Source of the DNA: Longimicrobiales bacterium
Lineage (GTDB): Bacteria; Gemmatimonadota; Gemmatimonadetes; Longimicrobiales; Gaopeijiaceae
Assembly (NCBI GenBank): GCA_965204735.1
Contig: OZ242008.1
Coordinates: 96,001 to 160,000, forward strand
Reading direction: 5' to 3'
Length of the DNA stretch: 64,000 nt
How positions within the stretch are numbered: position 1 is the first letter of the stretch; each line of letters starts with the position of its first letter. Positions 37,957 to 46,543 of the stretch are shown here, piece after piece. The notes under the pieces are model-generated. The model had not been told where the DNA came from and searched no databases. It saw only the letters and a program-made list of their open reading frames with translations. Made by a program: the position numbers and the translations under genes.

Positions 37957-39957
37957 ATGAGCAGCTGGCGGGACCGCATCCTCCAGGAGTTCCCACCGGG
38001 AGCCTCCCGGCTGACCGTCGTATCCGACCCCGACGGCTTGGTGCTGGACGAGGCCGTCCTTGCCGGGCTTCGGCGACGGAACTTTGACGTGCTGGTCTTC
38101 GACGAGCCCGTGGCGTTCCGATACGCCTACGAATCGAGATGCCGGCACTACTGGGACGACGGCAAGCCGGTCGAGGTCGTCGTCGTGGCGAGGATGGACG
38201 CCCTTGATGCCGACAATCTGCCCTACGATGTGGTCCAAGCAGGGAGATCGCTGACCCTCGGACTCGACGCGCTGTTCCCCGGGCTGAGCCGCAGGGTCCT
38301 GGGGGCGCTTGATCTCACGCACCTCGATGCACTCTGCGACGCCGTGGACGGCAGACCCCAGGGCGTTCTGGGCGACAACGCGACCAAGGACTTCGTTCTC
38401 CGCCACGTCTTCGGGATCGCCCCCGAACTCGTGCGGGAACCCCCGAGCCTGCTTCGCGCCCTGCTCCGCATTCATCACGGCGGCCAGTCGATACCGCCAC
38501 TGCTGGGCGAGCGCCTGGTCAGGGTCCTCCGCCGGGACGGCCGCTTCGAGGAGTGGCCCCTGGAGCAGATCGTGCCGGACCCGGACGCCTTCTTCGCGTT
38601 CCTTCAAGAGCGCTGGCCACGCTTCCTCGGCCGTGCCGCCGGGTCCCAGACGACGCCGGAGGAGCACGATCACCACTTCGCCCATCTGGGGCCGGCGGAC
38701 CTGCCCTTCGACCACGACGACGTTCGCGTCTACATCGACAACCTGTTCCGGGAAGGGTTTCTGCGACCGATCGATCATGCGGCCGCCGGCACCTTGGCCG
38801 ACAGTTGGATTGCGTCCGGGGTGCGGACCTCGGGCGACGACGCCGACACGCAGCGCCTGGAACGCCTGCTCGACGCGGCAACCAACGCCCTGCCCGACCC
38901 GGACGCGCGCTACGGCGACTGGCTGCGCTTCGCCCGCACATGGGCGGAAGCAGGGGCGCTCGCCCTGTCCCCGGAACGCCGGACCGCCGACGCGACGGAG
39001 CCAAACCTCTCCGCGCTCCGCGACCGCGTCGACGCCGCCTTCGCCGAGTGGCTGGGGCGCCGCTATGCGAGCTTGGCCAACCTGCCGCCTTCTCCGCCCG
39101 TCATGCTGCACCACGTGCCGGGCGTGCTGGCGCGCCACTTGGACGAAGCGCCGGAGCACAAGGCGGCCCTGCTGGTCGTGGACGGTCTGTCAATGGACCA
39201 ATGGGTCGTGGTGCGCGAAGAGCTGGCCCGTCGTCGGCCCGCCTACCGCTTCCGGGAAGGGGCCGTCTTCGCCTGGATTCCCACGATCACGTCCGTGTCG
39301 CGCCAAGCTGCGTTCGCGGGGAAGCCGCCCTTCTACTTCCCGCCGGGCAGCATCGACTCCACGGACCGGGAGCCGGCGCTGTGGCGTCAGTACTGGACCG
39401 GGCGCGGCATGGCCGCCGACGCCGCCGTCTACCAGAAGAACCTGGGCGCCGGTTCGCTGGAGGCCGTCGCCGACCTGATCTCTCGTTCGCGAGTGCGTGC
39501 CGCCGGGCTGGTCGTGGACACGGTGGACAAGATCATGCACGGCATGGAGCTCGGCGCCCGAGGAATGCACGGTCAAGTCCGTCAGTGGGCGCGGGAGCCC
39601 TACTTGGCCGCGCTCCTCGACCTGCTCCTGGACAACGGCTTCCGAGTCTGGCTCGCCTCCGACCACGGCAACGTCGAAGCGACGGGCTGCGGCCGTCCAG
39701 CCGCCGGAGGAGTCGCCGACTTGCGGGGCAAGCGCGTCCACGTCTACCCCAGCGCGACGTTGCGCACGCGGGCTGCCGCCGAGTTCCCGGACGCCCGGCC
39801 GTGGCCGCCGGCGGGCCTGCCCCAGGACTACCTGCCCCTGCTGGCCCCCGGACGCTCCGCGTTCGTTCGCAAGGGGAAGCGCGTGGTCGCCCACGGCGGC
39901 GCTTCGTTGGAGGAGGTCGTCGTGCCGCTGGTCGGCATCGAGCGGGCGGAGCCGTGA
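37957..39957 (+). CDS. pglZ: BREX type 3 PglZ (alkaline-phosphatase-like nuclease/phosphatase)
   Basis: MSSWRDRILQEF, VSDPDGL, LLVVDGLSMDQW, AWIPTITSVSRQA, DKIMHG, SDHGNVEA, HGGASLEEVVVP. Confidence 0.93.
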   Translation: MSSWRDRILQEFPPGASRLTVVSDPDGLVLDEAVLAGLRRRNFDVLVFDEPVAFRYAYESRCRHYWDDGKPVEVVVVARMDALDADNLPYDVVQAGRSLTLGLDALFPGLSRRVLGALDLTHLDALCDAVDGRPQGVLGDNATKDFVLRHVFGIAPELVREPPSLLRALLRIHHGGQSIPPLLGERLVRVLRRDGRFEEWPLEQIVPDPDAFFAFLQERWPRFLGRAAGSQTTPEEHDHHFAHLGPADLPFDHDDVRVYIDNLFREGFLRPIDHAAAGTLADSWIASGVRTSGDDADTQRLERLLDAATNALPDPDARYGDWLRFARTWAEAGALALSPERRTADATEPNLSALRDRVDAAFAEWLGRRYASLANLPPSPPVMLHHVPGVLARHLDEAPEHKAALLVVDGLSMDQWVVVREELARRRPAYRFREGAVFAWIPTITSVSRQAAFAGKPPFYFPPGSIDSTDREPALWRQYWTGRGMAADAAVYQKNLGAGSLEAVADLISRSRVRAAGLVVDTVDKIMHGMELGARGMHGQVRQWAREPYLAALLDLLLDNGFRVWLASDHGNVEATGCGRPAAGGVADLRGKRVHVYPSATLRTRAAAEFPDARPWPPAGLPQDYLPLLAPGRSAFVRKGKRVVAHGGASLEEVVVPLVGIERAEP

Positions 39958-40823
39958 GCGGCCCGGCGTCGCGTGCGGTCGGGCTCAGCCAGCGCATCCG
40001 CCTGGAGTGGCTGGACGAGGCTGCGGAGTTGGCGCGCGCCGGACGCGACCGCGCCCACGCTTGGTCGGCCCTGGCGGAGACGCTCCAAGAAAAGGTGTCT
40101 GTCGGCGGAACCAGCCCCCGCAGCAATCGCGAGAAGACGGTCACGATCCTGACGCGAATCTGGTGCGGGCCGCCCCCGCGACTCGTCCCGCTGCGCGATG
40201 CCGGCCTGCGCCTTCTGGACGGCATGGGGCCAGCAGAGGCCACGGAGCCATCGGAGGTCATCGAGCCAGCCGGGGTCACGGAACCAACGGCGACTACCGA
40301 ACCGGCGGGTGCCACGGAGCCCACCGGGTGCTTGACCGTCCACTGGGGCATGACGATGGCGGTCTACCCCTTCTGGAACGCCGTCGCGGCCCAGGTCGGC
40401 CGGCTCCTCCGCCTGCAGGGGGTCGCCACCGCCGCCCAGGTCCACCGTCGCGTCCAGGAGCAGTACGGCGAGCGCCCCACCGTGGCCCGGGCCACGCAGC
40501 GCGTCGTGCGGTCGTTCGTGGACTGGGGAGTCCTGGCCGACACCGAGACGAGGGGCCGATACGTCGCCGGCGAGCCATGCCCGGTCCGCACCCCAGCGTT
40601 GGCCGCTTGGCTGGCGGAGGCCGCCCTTCACGTCCGAGACGGCGAGCCCATCGCGCCCGTCCAGGAGCTGCTCGGCCAGCCAGGCCTCTTCCCCTTCCGC
40701 GTGTCCTACGTGACGGCCCGGGGCCTTGCCGCCGAGTCGCCCCGGCTGGATGTGGCGCACCAAGGGCTGGACACGGAGGTGATGATGCTGGTGATGCCGG
40801 AGCGACTGAGGACGATGCCGTAG
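39954..40823 (+). CDS. brxA: BREX type 3 BrxA-like protein
   Basis: GTGA overlap with pglZ. Motifs VGLSQRIRLEWLD, REKTVTILTRIW, HWGMTMAVYPFW, YGERPTVARA..RV.RSFVDWG, LFPF. Confidence 0.8.
   Translation: MSGPASRAVGLSQRIRLEWLDEAAELARAGRDRAHAWSALAETLQEKVSVGGTSPRSNREKTVTILTRIWCGPPPRLVPLRDAGLRLLDGMGPAEATEPSEVIEPAGVTEPTATTEPAGATEPTGCLTVHWGMTMAVYPFWNAVAAQVGRLLRLQGVATAAQVHRRVQEQYGERPTVARATQRVVRSFVDWGVLADTETRGRYVAGEPCPVRTPALAAWLAEAALHVRDGEPIAPVQELLGQPGLFPFRVSYVTARGLAAESPRLDVAHQGLDTEVMMLVMPERLRTMP
40236..40325 (+). repeat. 5 x 18-bp in-frame repeat (xxTEPx) inside brxA
   Basis: Encodes EATEPS EVIEPA GVTEPT ATTEPA GATEPT. Confidence 0.75.
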
Positions 40824-40926
40824 CTGATACTTGAGCATTCGAGATGCACTGTGATGCGCCCCAGAAGCCCACGTGATGGACTTGACTTGCGATTGACGAT
40901 GGCACGTCTTGGATTCACGGGAGTAC

Positions 40927-40954
40927 TTGACCTTCTTTCGATCTGTGGTATCTT
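40927..40954 (+). promoter_or_regulatory. Putative promoter for DUF5343-PIN
   Basis: TTGACC-16 nt-TATCTT with TG extension. Confidence 0.45.
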
Positions 40955-41086
40955 CGATCCAGAAGCGAATCGACGCATCGTGGCCTCGTGACATCCTGAT
41001 GCCACGGAAGCGATGATCAGCAGGGACGCGCAGGCATCCCGAACACTTCGGGAGGCAAGCCAATGAGCGGCACAGGAGGCAGGACA

Positions 41087-41827
41087 ATGAACCAAACGGT
41101 AGACCAGGAATCCACCAGCTGGACGCCGCCGTATATCTCGTGGCGCCTTCTGATCCAGCTCGTCGAGCGCCTGGAGGGCAACCCGCCCCCACGCATCGAC
41201 ACAACGATCCTGGCGGGTTCCAGCCCGACGCGAGCACAGACGAAGCTGGCCCTGAAGTCCCTGGAACTCATCGATCAGGAGGGAGCCCTTACGGAGTCGT
41301 TCACGACGCTGATCGAGGCTGGGGGCAACCGCCCAGTAGTCGTCCGCTCCCTCCTCGAGCGCTTCTATCCGGGGCCGGTGAAGCTGGGCCGGGTCAACGG
41401 AACGCAACAGCAGCTCGAGGAAGAGTTCCGAGGCTACGGCGTGAGTGGGAGCACGGTTCGAAAGGCGATTTCGTTCTTCCTCAAGGCCGCCGAGTACGCT
41501 GAGCTTCCGACGGGTCCGCACTTCCGAGTGCCACCGGCTCCTCAACGATCGAAGAAGCGACCGCCTCCGAGCCTTTCGCGACCGTCAAAGTCCGAATCAG
41601 CAACGGTGGCACCCGTCCAGCATGACGTCGGGACAAGCCACGAACGACCGGAGACCGGCGAGACAACCGAGTCGATCGAGTTGTTGAAGGTCAAGTACAT
41701 CAGAATTCTGGTCGAGAGCGTGAGGCCCGACGCCGAATCGCCTGGGAAGTTCGATCCCGACGTCCTCGACCGGATCGAGCGTCTTCTGGGCTTCGGCTCC
41801 AAAGAGAAACAGGAGGGATCGCAGTGA
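41087..41827 (+). CDS. DUF5343-like protein
   Basis: PPYISW..L...PPRID, ALKSLELID..G, GVSGSTVRKAISFFLKAAEYA; AGGAGG RBS. Confidence 0.65.
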   Translation: MNQTVDQESTSWTPPYISWRLLIQLVERLEGNPPPRIDTTILAGSSPTRAQTKLALKSLELIDQEGALTESFTTLIEAGGNRPVVVRSLLERFYPGPVKLGRVNGTQQQLEEEFRGYGVSGSTVRKAISFFLKAAEYAELPTGPHFRVPPAPQRSKKRPPPSLSRPSKSESATVAPVQHDVGTSHERPETGETTESIELLKVKYIRILVESVRPDAESPGKFDPDVLDRIERLLGFGSKEKQEGSQ

Positions 41828-42255
41828 ACACTCCAGTTCGCATCGTCCACGATACCAACGTGCTGGTGTCCGCGCTCGTGCTGTCCCCCGACCGCGGGTT
41901 TCGGCTCCGGCAGCTCTGGCAGAGCGGCCGAGTCATCCCACTCGCAAGTCAACAGACGACGGACGAGCTTGTCCGGGTGCTGTCCTACGAGAAGTTTGCC
42001 CTGAAGCCTACGGAGCAGCAGGACATTCTGATGGAGTACTCGGGGTACTGGGAGGCAGTTGAAGTGTCGAATGCACCCCCGACACCAAATGTTCGCGATG
42101 TAGAAGACCGCCCGTTCCTGGAACTCGCCCTCGTGGGACGGGCCGATGCCCTGGTAACCGGCGACCGCGACCTCCTGAACCTCGTCCTAGCCTTCTCTGT
42201 AGTTATCCTTAGGCCTCAACAGTTTCGGGAATGGCTCCGACGACGAGGAGGGTAG
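41824..42255 (+). CDS. PIN-domain toxin (PIN_3 type)
   Basis: DTNVLVSA, DELVRVL, RDVEDRPFL, VTGDRDLL; acidic catalytic set appears intact. Confidence 0.88.
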   Translation: MNTPVRIVHDTNVLVSALVLSPDRGFRLRQLWQSGRVIPLASQQTTDELVRVLSYEKFALKPTEQQDILMEYSGYWEAVEVSNAPPTPNVRDVEDRPFLELALVGRADALVTGDRDLLNLVLAFSVVILRPQQFREWLRRRGG

Positions 42256-42269
42256 GTTCGGTGCGGCCC

Positions 42270-42509
42270 TTAGCCGTCGTCTTGGGCGGCCGAACTGCGT
42301 GCCCACTCCACGGCATCTGCGACGTCATCCTCGGTGATGCCCATCTCGGCCAGCTTGGCGCGAACCGCAGCAGCGCGAACGACCTTGACGGGTGTCAAGA
42401 CGATGCGGTCGGCCTCCATGGCCACCTCGAGGTATTCCGTACCTTCGAGTCTGCCGATCACGGCCTCGGGCAACGTGAGTTGGTTGTCGGACGTTAGTCT
42501 GGCGAGCAT
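42270..42509 (-). CDS. AbrB/MazE/SpoVT-family antitoxin
   Basis: MLARLTSDNQLTLPEAV...EYLEV....RIVLTP...GITEDDVADAVEWAR. Confidence 0.82.
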   Translation of the reverse strand: MLARLTSDNQLTLPEAVIGRLEGTEYLEVAMEADRIVLTPVKVVRAAAVRAKLAEMGITEDDVADAVEWARSSAAQDDG

Positions 42510-42678
42510 CAGTCTCGCTCCGGCTTCTCCAGGAAAAGGGGGATTGACGAAGATAACCACTGGGTCCCGCTGGTCGCAAGCTCTTGCCCTGGAGACTAGA
42601 GCAGAGTAGGCTTTCCGAGGCCTGCTGGCAGGCCCGACCAGCCGGGACTATGCTGGAGCACCCGTCGGGCAGGACGAA

Positions 42679-42924
42679 ATGGACATGCTATCAGGATTCG
42701 GAATAGGGGAACTTGTCTTGGTCTCCTTGGCAGCCATCCCGTACCTGTTGATTGCCGCGGCCATCGTGGCGGTCGTCGTCAAGACGCTCAAGATCGCGAA
42801 GGCGGTTGACGAGATATCGAGTTCCATGAGGGTGGCCAACAGGCAGCTTCAGAAGATCACGGACGCCCTTGGGGAGCAAGCAACGCGGCAGAGTACGGAA
42901 CAGGAGCAGCCAGAGTCAGAGTAG
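42679..42924 (+). CDS. Small membrane protein
   Basis: AGGA RBS, GFGIGELVLV TM hairpin and coiled tail. Upstream TTGCCC-17-TAGGCT promoter-like element. Confidence 0.6.
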   Translation: MDMLSGFGIGELVLVSLAAIPYLLIAAAIVAVVVKTLKIAKAVDEISSSMRVANRQLQKITDALGEQATRQSTEQEQPESE

Positions 42925-42984
42925 GGCACTAGCCGCCGCGACTCGGTGGCCCCCGCTGAACGCCGCTTGGCTTGCACCGATTCG

Positions 42985-43200
42985 GCAGTCCCGGAGGTCC
43001 GGCCGTGGCCGCCTGCCCCAGCACTGCCTGCCTGCTGGCTCCCGGATGCTCGCGTTCGTTCGCAAACGGAAGCGCCATGGTTGCCCACGGTGGTGCTTCG
43101 GCGGAGGAGGTCGTCGTGCGGCCCGTCGTGCCCGTCCAGGAGCCCTTCGACCAGCCAGGTCTCTCCCTTCCCGTGCGTCCTACGTGACGGCCTTGCAGCC
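42985..43200 (+). pseudogene. Degenerate fused copy of the pglZ 3' end and a brxA 3' segment
   Basis: 42985-43119 aligns to ~39781-39925 (e.g. gcgttcgttcgcaa, gcccacgg.gg.gcttcg..ggaggaggtcgtcgtgc). 43121-43200 aligns to ~40646-40735 (gcccgtccaggagc, cagccagg, tcctacgtgacggcc). Confidence 0.82.
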
Positions 43201-43281
43201 AGCGGGACCTGGGGCCATGTTCCACCCCTGCTGTTCGATGTCCAGTCTGACGCCAGCAAGTCCGATCGAGGAGGCTGACCG

Positions 43282-43716
43282 TTGATTGACTATCTTCACC
43301 GCTACGACCTCGCGATCTTCGCGTACCAGCAGCCGGCGAAGCCTCTGGCGCTGTGGGCGAACAGCACGCTGGGCTTGATGAGCTTCTGGTGGATCGGGAC
43401 ACGACAACAGCGAGGGCGGGCCATGTTGCAGGTGACCCGTCTCCCCGAGCTGCTCGCTCTCGACTGCCGCGCGCTCACGGCCGGCCAGATCGCCTGGGCG
43501 AACGACATCTTCGACGCCTGCGCGCCGCGCGACCTCCTGCCGGCGAACGAGGCCTACCGAGACCCCGTCCGCCAGGAGCTCGACGCCGCGATCCTCTGCG
43601 ACCTGCTGGGCCTCCCCGAGAGCATCCTCGAGCCGCTGCGGACGCTCCGGCTGGCATGGTGCGAAGAACCCACGGTCCACGGCGGGAAGTCGACGCGGCC
43701 GGGGGGAACGAGATGA
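43282..43716 (+). pseudogene. C-terminal fragment of a probable type IIG-like restriction-modification enzyme
   Basis: LALWANSTLGL...RQQRGRA.L.V..LP.L..LD...LLPANEA..D..R..LD...WCEEPTVHGGK resembles a MTase TRD/C-terminus. No MTase core is present upstream. Confidence 0.55.
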
Positions 43717-44888
43717 TGACAAATGTGGCAATGGATCGACAGACTGCAGCTGATCTGGAGGATCTGACTCTGAAAATAGAAATGAAAATGCGTGGCATGT
43801 ACTCTCTCTTTCAACGTCGTGGGGCTCGTGACGGAAGTCAGACCTTTTGGCTTCCTGACGACTTCTCGCCAGAAGACGGACACAGAATGATGCTTGTGGC
43901 TGAGGAGCTTAGCCTTGATCTGTGGAGAGTTCTTGATGACGGGAAGGTGGATTCAACGTCGCGGGGCCGTAAGGATCTCCGATCGCTTATTTCGAATATT
44001 AGACTGCCGCGCCTCTATCCCAATAAAAGCAGGTGCAGGTTGTCGACTATCTGTAAGGGAGACACGAATGATCATGTGACCCTGGGAGATGTCTTTGTCG
44101 ATCTACCTTATACGAAAGGAGTTGGAGACAACGCCGATTCCTTTCCATCTTCTCATGAAAAGGGACTCTTCATCGGCAGACATATAAACGAAAGAACGAG
44201 CAACCTTTTGCCAATTGGGGACTGGCTCAACCAACGACTCATGACTATCTGGATGCCTCATGGGTCGCCGGTAGAAACCTTTGCAGGGGATGAAAAGGAG
44301 ATAACGGTGAAGGATGTGGTGAGTATTGTTCGACACCAACGAGCAGCTCACATGCCTAAAAGGCACGAGAAACCCTTGGAATTCTACTTTCGCAGAGTTC
44401 CAAGGTTGCGACTTTACCTGAGGCATTTCATACTGACGACAGTGCTGAATGTGTGGCTTGAGATGGTGTTTCTCTGCAAGTCCCTAAACAGTCCATTCAC
44501 CTTCCTTACGCCTGCTTCGCTAGATTTCAAGGTGGAGTTGTTGCCTGTCGTCAGTCGCTTTACCTGCATGAAGAAAAACGTCACCCCTGATGGTGGTGCT
44601 CTAATCAATACGCTTGAGGATGTCTATTCGACATACACACCTCCGCCTTTGGTCTTCTTCGTAGGTTACTCAAAAGCCCTTGACGCTATCAAGAGTCAGT
44701 ATCCTACATGGCTCGGTGGAGAACCAATGCAGACATCCAAACTTACTCTAGACAATATTGGCAAAACCATACAGTGGACCTTCAACAATAAGGCTTTGGA
44801 CCGGATTCCGACATCAAGGGTTTTGGATCTACAACAAACCCAAATCGGAGTGGCTTACCCAGAATGGATGGGAAAGGAGAAAAAATGA
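43713..44888 (+). CDS. AT-rich hypothetical protein (possible HEPN-like RxxxxxH)
   Basis: 391-aa open frame in AT-rich DNA, ATGA overlap, VKDVVSIVRHQRAAH motif. Confidence 0.6.
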   Translation: MMTNVAMDRQTAADLEDLTLKIEMKMRGMYSLFQRRGARDGSQTFWLPDDFSPEDGHRMMLVAEELSLDLWRVLDDGKVDSTSRGRKDLRSLISNIRLPRLYPNKSRCRLSTICKGDTNDHVTLGDVFVDLPYTKGVGDNADSFPSSHEKGLFIGRHINERTSNLLPIGDWLNQRLMTIWMPHGSPVETFAGDEKEITVKDVVSIVRHQRAAHMPKRHEKPLEFYFRRVPRLRLYLRHFILTTVLNVWLEMVFLCKSLNSPFTFLTPASLDFKVELLPVVSRFTCMKKNVTPDGGALINTLEDVYSTYTPPPLVFFVGYSKALDAIKSQYPTWLGGEPMQTSKLTLDNIGKTIQWTFNNKALDRIPTSRVLDLQQTQIGVAYPEWMGKEKK

Positions 44889-45096
44889 CTCCCCGCGACG
44901 TCGTGCGCCATTTGAGGGCCAAGCGGCCGTGGACCGATATCGACATGGACGCGTTGGGTGCGGCAATCGTTTCTTCGTGCGCTCGACATCGTCGACCCCG
45001 ACCTCGCTTCCGTGGCCGCCCTTCCAGTGGCGACGCTCGGCAATGTCTGGTGGTCCCACCCCCTTTCGCTCAGTCTTCGCACGTCCTCGGCTAGCA

Positions 45097-46329
45097 ATGA
45101 CCGCACACGACGACCGACGGTTCCTTACCCGAGTTGTGCTGCGCAACTACAAGAGCATCGCAGCGGCCGACGTTTCTCCTTCCCAAGTCTCGTTCCTAGT
45201 CGGACCCAACGGCTCCGGGAAGAGCAACTTCCTTGATGCGCTGCGCTTCGTGGCGGAGTCGTTGCGAACGACGATGGATCACGCGATCCGCGAGCGAGGA
45301 GGGATCAACGAAGTCCGGCGATGGTCCAGAGGCCATCCCAGTCACTTTGGAATTCGCATCGACTTCCGTTCAGGGCAGTTTCGGGGTCACTATGCGTTCA
45401 CGGTGGGAGCGAAGGCGGGCGGCGACTATGAGGTTCGGAAAGAAGAATGCTACATCAAGACGATCGAAGACGGCCCTAGCCACGACTACTACCACGTGCA
45501 AGGCGGCAAAGTCAAGCAGAGCACGCTTCAAGTGCGCCCCCGCGCTCATCCTCGCCGTCTGTACCTAGTTGCGGCATCTGGGACCGAACCCTTTGGACAC
45601 CTGTATGACGCACTTCTTGAAATGGGGTTCTACAACCTGATCCCGGAGGTCATTCGGAGCCTCCAGCCGCCGGGACCAGGCGATCTCTTGGCAAGGGACG
45701 GCAGGAACGCGGCCAGCGTCTTGGCCAACTTGGCAGCGCGTTCCCCGATGTTCAAGAAACGTATTGAGGACTACCTTGGCCGCATCGTGCCGGGCGTGGT
45801 CGGCGTGGAACGAGTGGTGGCGAGGGACAGGGAAACGCTTGAGTTCGACCAGAAAGTTAAGGGAGCACAACACCCGTGGCGGTTCGGCGCAACCAACATG
45901 TCCGACGGCACACTACGCGCTTTCGGAGTCCTGCTGGCGCTCTTTCAGAGCGGGCGAGATGGGATTGGCTTGGCGCAACCCTTTATTGGGATCGAAGAAC
46001 CCGAGCTGGTAGTACATCCAGCTGCTACGGCTGTGCTGCTGGATGCGCTTCGAGAGACAGCCCAGCACTCTCAGGTGTTGGTCACCAGTCACAGTGCCGA
46101 TCTTCTCGACAATGAAGGGACCACCGCCGAGTCGGTGCTCGCGGCGTTCGCCGACGATGGGGTCACACGCATTGGTCCGCTGGACGAGGCCGGACGTTCG
46201 GCGCTCCACGAGGGACTCTTCACCGCTGGTGAGCTCCTTCGCGTGGACCAGCTGATACCGGACCCGAACAGCACAAACCTGCTGCCGCAACAGCTCCAGT
46301 TGTTTGGATCCGGTGACCGGACTGGATGA
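45097..46329 (+). CDS. ABC-type AAA ATPase (AAA_21)
   Basis: LRNYKSI, GPNGSGKSN, MSDGTLR, IEEPE..VHP, VTSHS. Confidence 0.9.
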   Translation: MTAHDDRRFLTRVVLRNYKSIAAADVSPSQVSFLVGPNGSGKSNFLDALRFVAESLRTTMDHAIRERGGINEVRRWSRGHPSHFGIRIDFRSGQFRGHYAFTVGAKAGGDYEVRKEECYIKTIEDGPSHDYYHVQGGKVKQSTLQVRPRAHPRRLYLVAASGTEPFGHLYDALLEMGFYNLIPEVIRSLQPPGPGDLLARDGRNAASVLANLAARSPMFKKRIEDYLGRIVPGVVGVERVVARDRETLEFDQKVKGAQHPWRFGATNMSDGTLRAFGVLLALFQSGRDGIGLAQPFIGIEEPELVVHPAATAVLLDALRETAQHSQVLVTSHSADLLDNEGTTAESVLAAFADDGVTRIGPLDEAGRSALHEGLFTAGELLRVDQLIPDPNSTNLLPQQLQLFGSGDRTG

Positions 46330-46437
46330 TCACGATCGATTCCATATTCGAAGGTCTTCGACATGGGCGTCGCCCGCAAGCGAGCGCCCTCGTTCGACAA
46401 GCTGTACCGCGCCGTGGAGTCGCTGCTGGTGGATTGA
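46326..46437 (+). pseudogene. Internally deleted DUF4276 partner gene
   Basis: MITIDSIFEG (N-terminus) is joined out of frame to FDMGVARKRAPSFDKLYRAVESLLVD* (C-terminus), with a TTCGA repeat at the junction. Confidence 0.65.
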
Positions 46438-46543
46438 CAGGGCCGGGTGGGCTTCACCCGCCGGAAGCTTGCCGCCCACCGCGAGAAGTAGTACGATTCC
46501 CCAGAGATCGGTCTTGTCCCTGCACTAAGGAGAGGTCCGCGAC

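Noticed and set aside
44864..45094. Short ORF(s) between the AT-rich orphan and the AAA ATPase
   Set aside because: Possibly a frameshifted gene fragment, but no family could be recognised.
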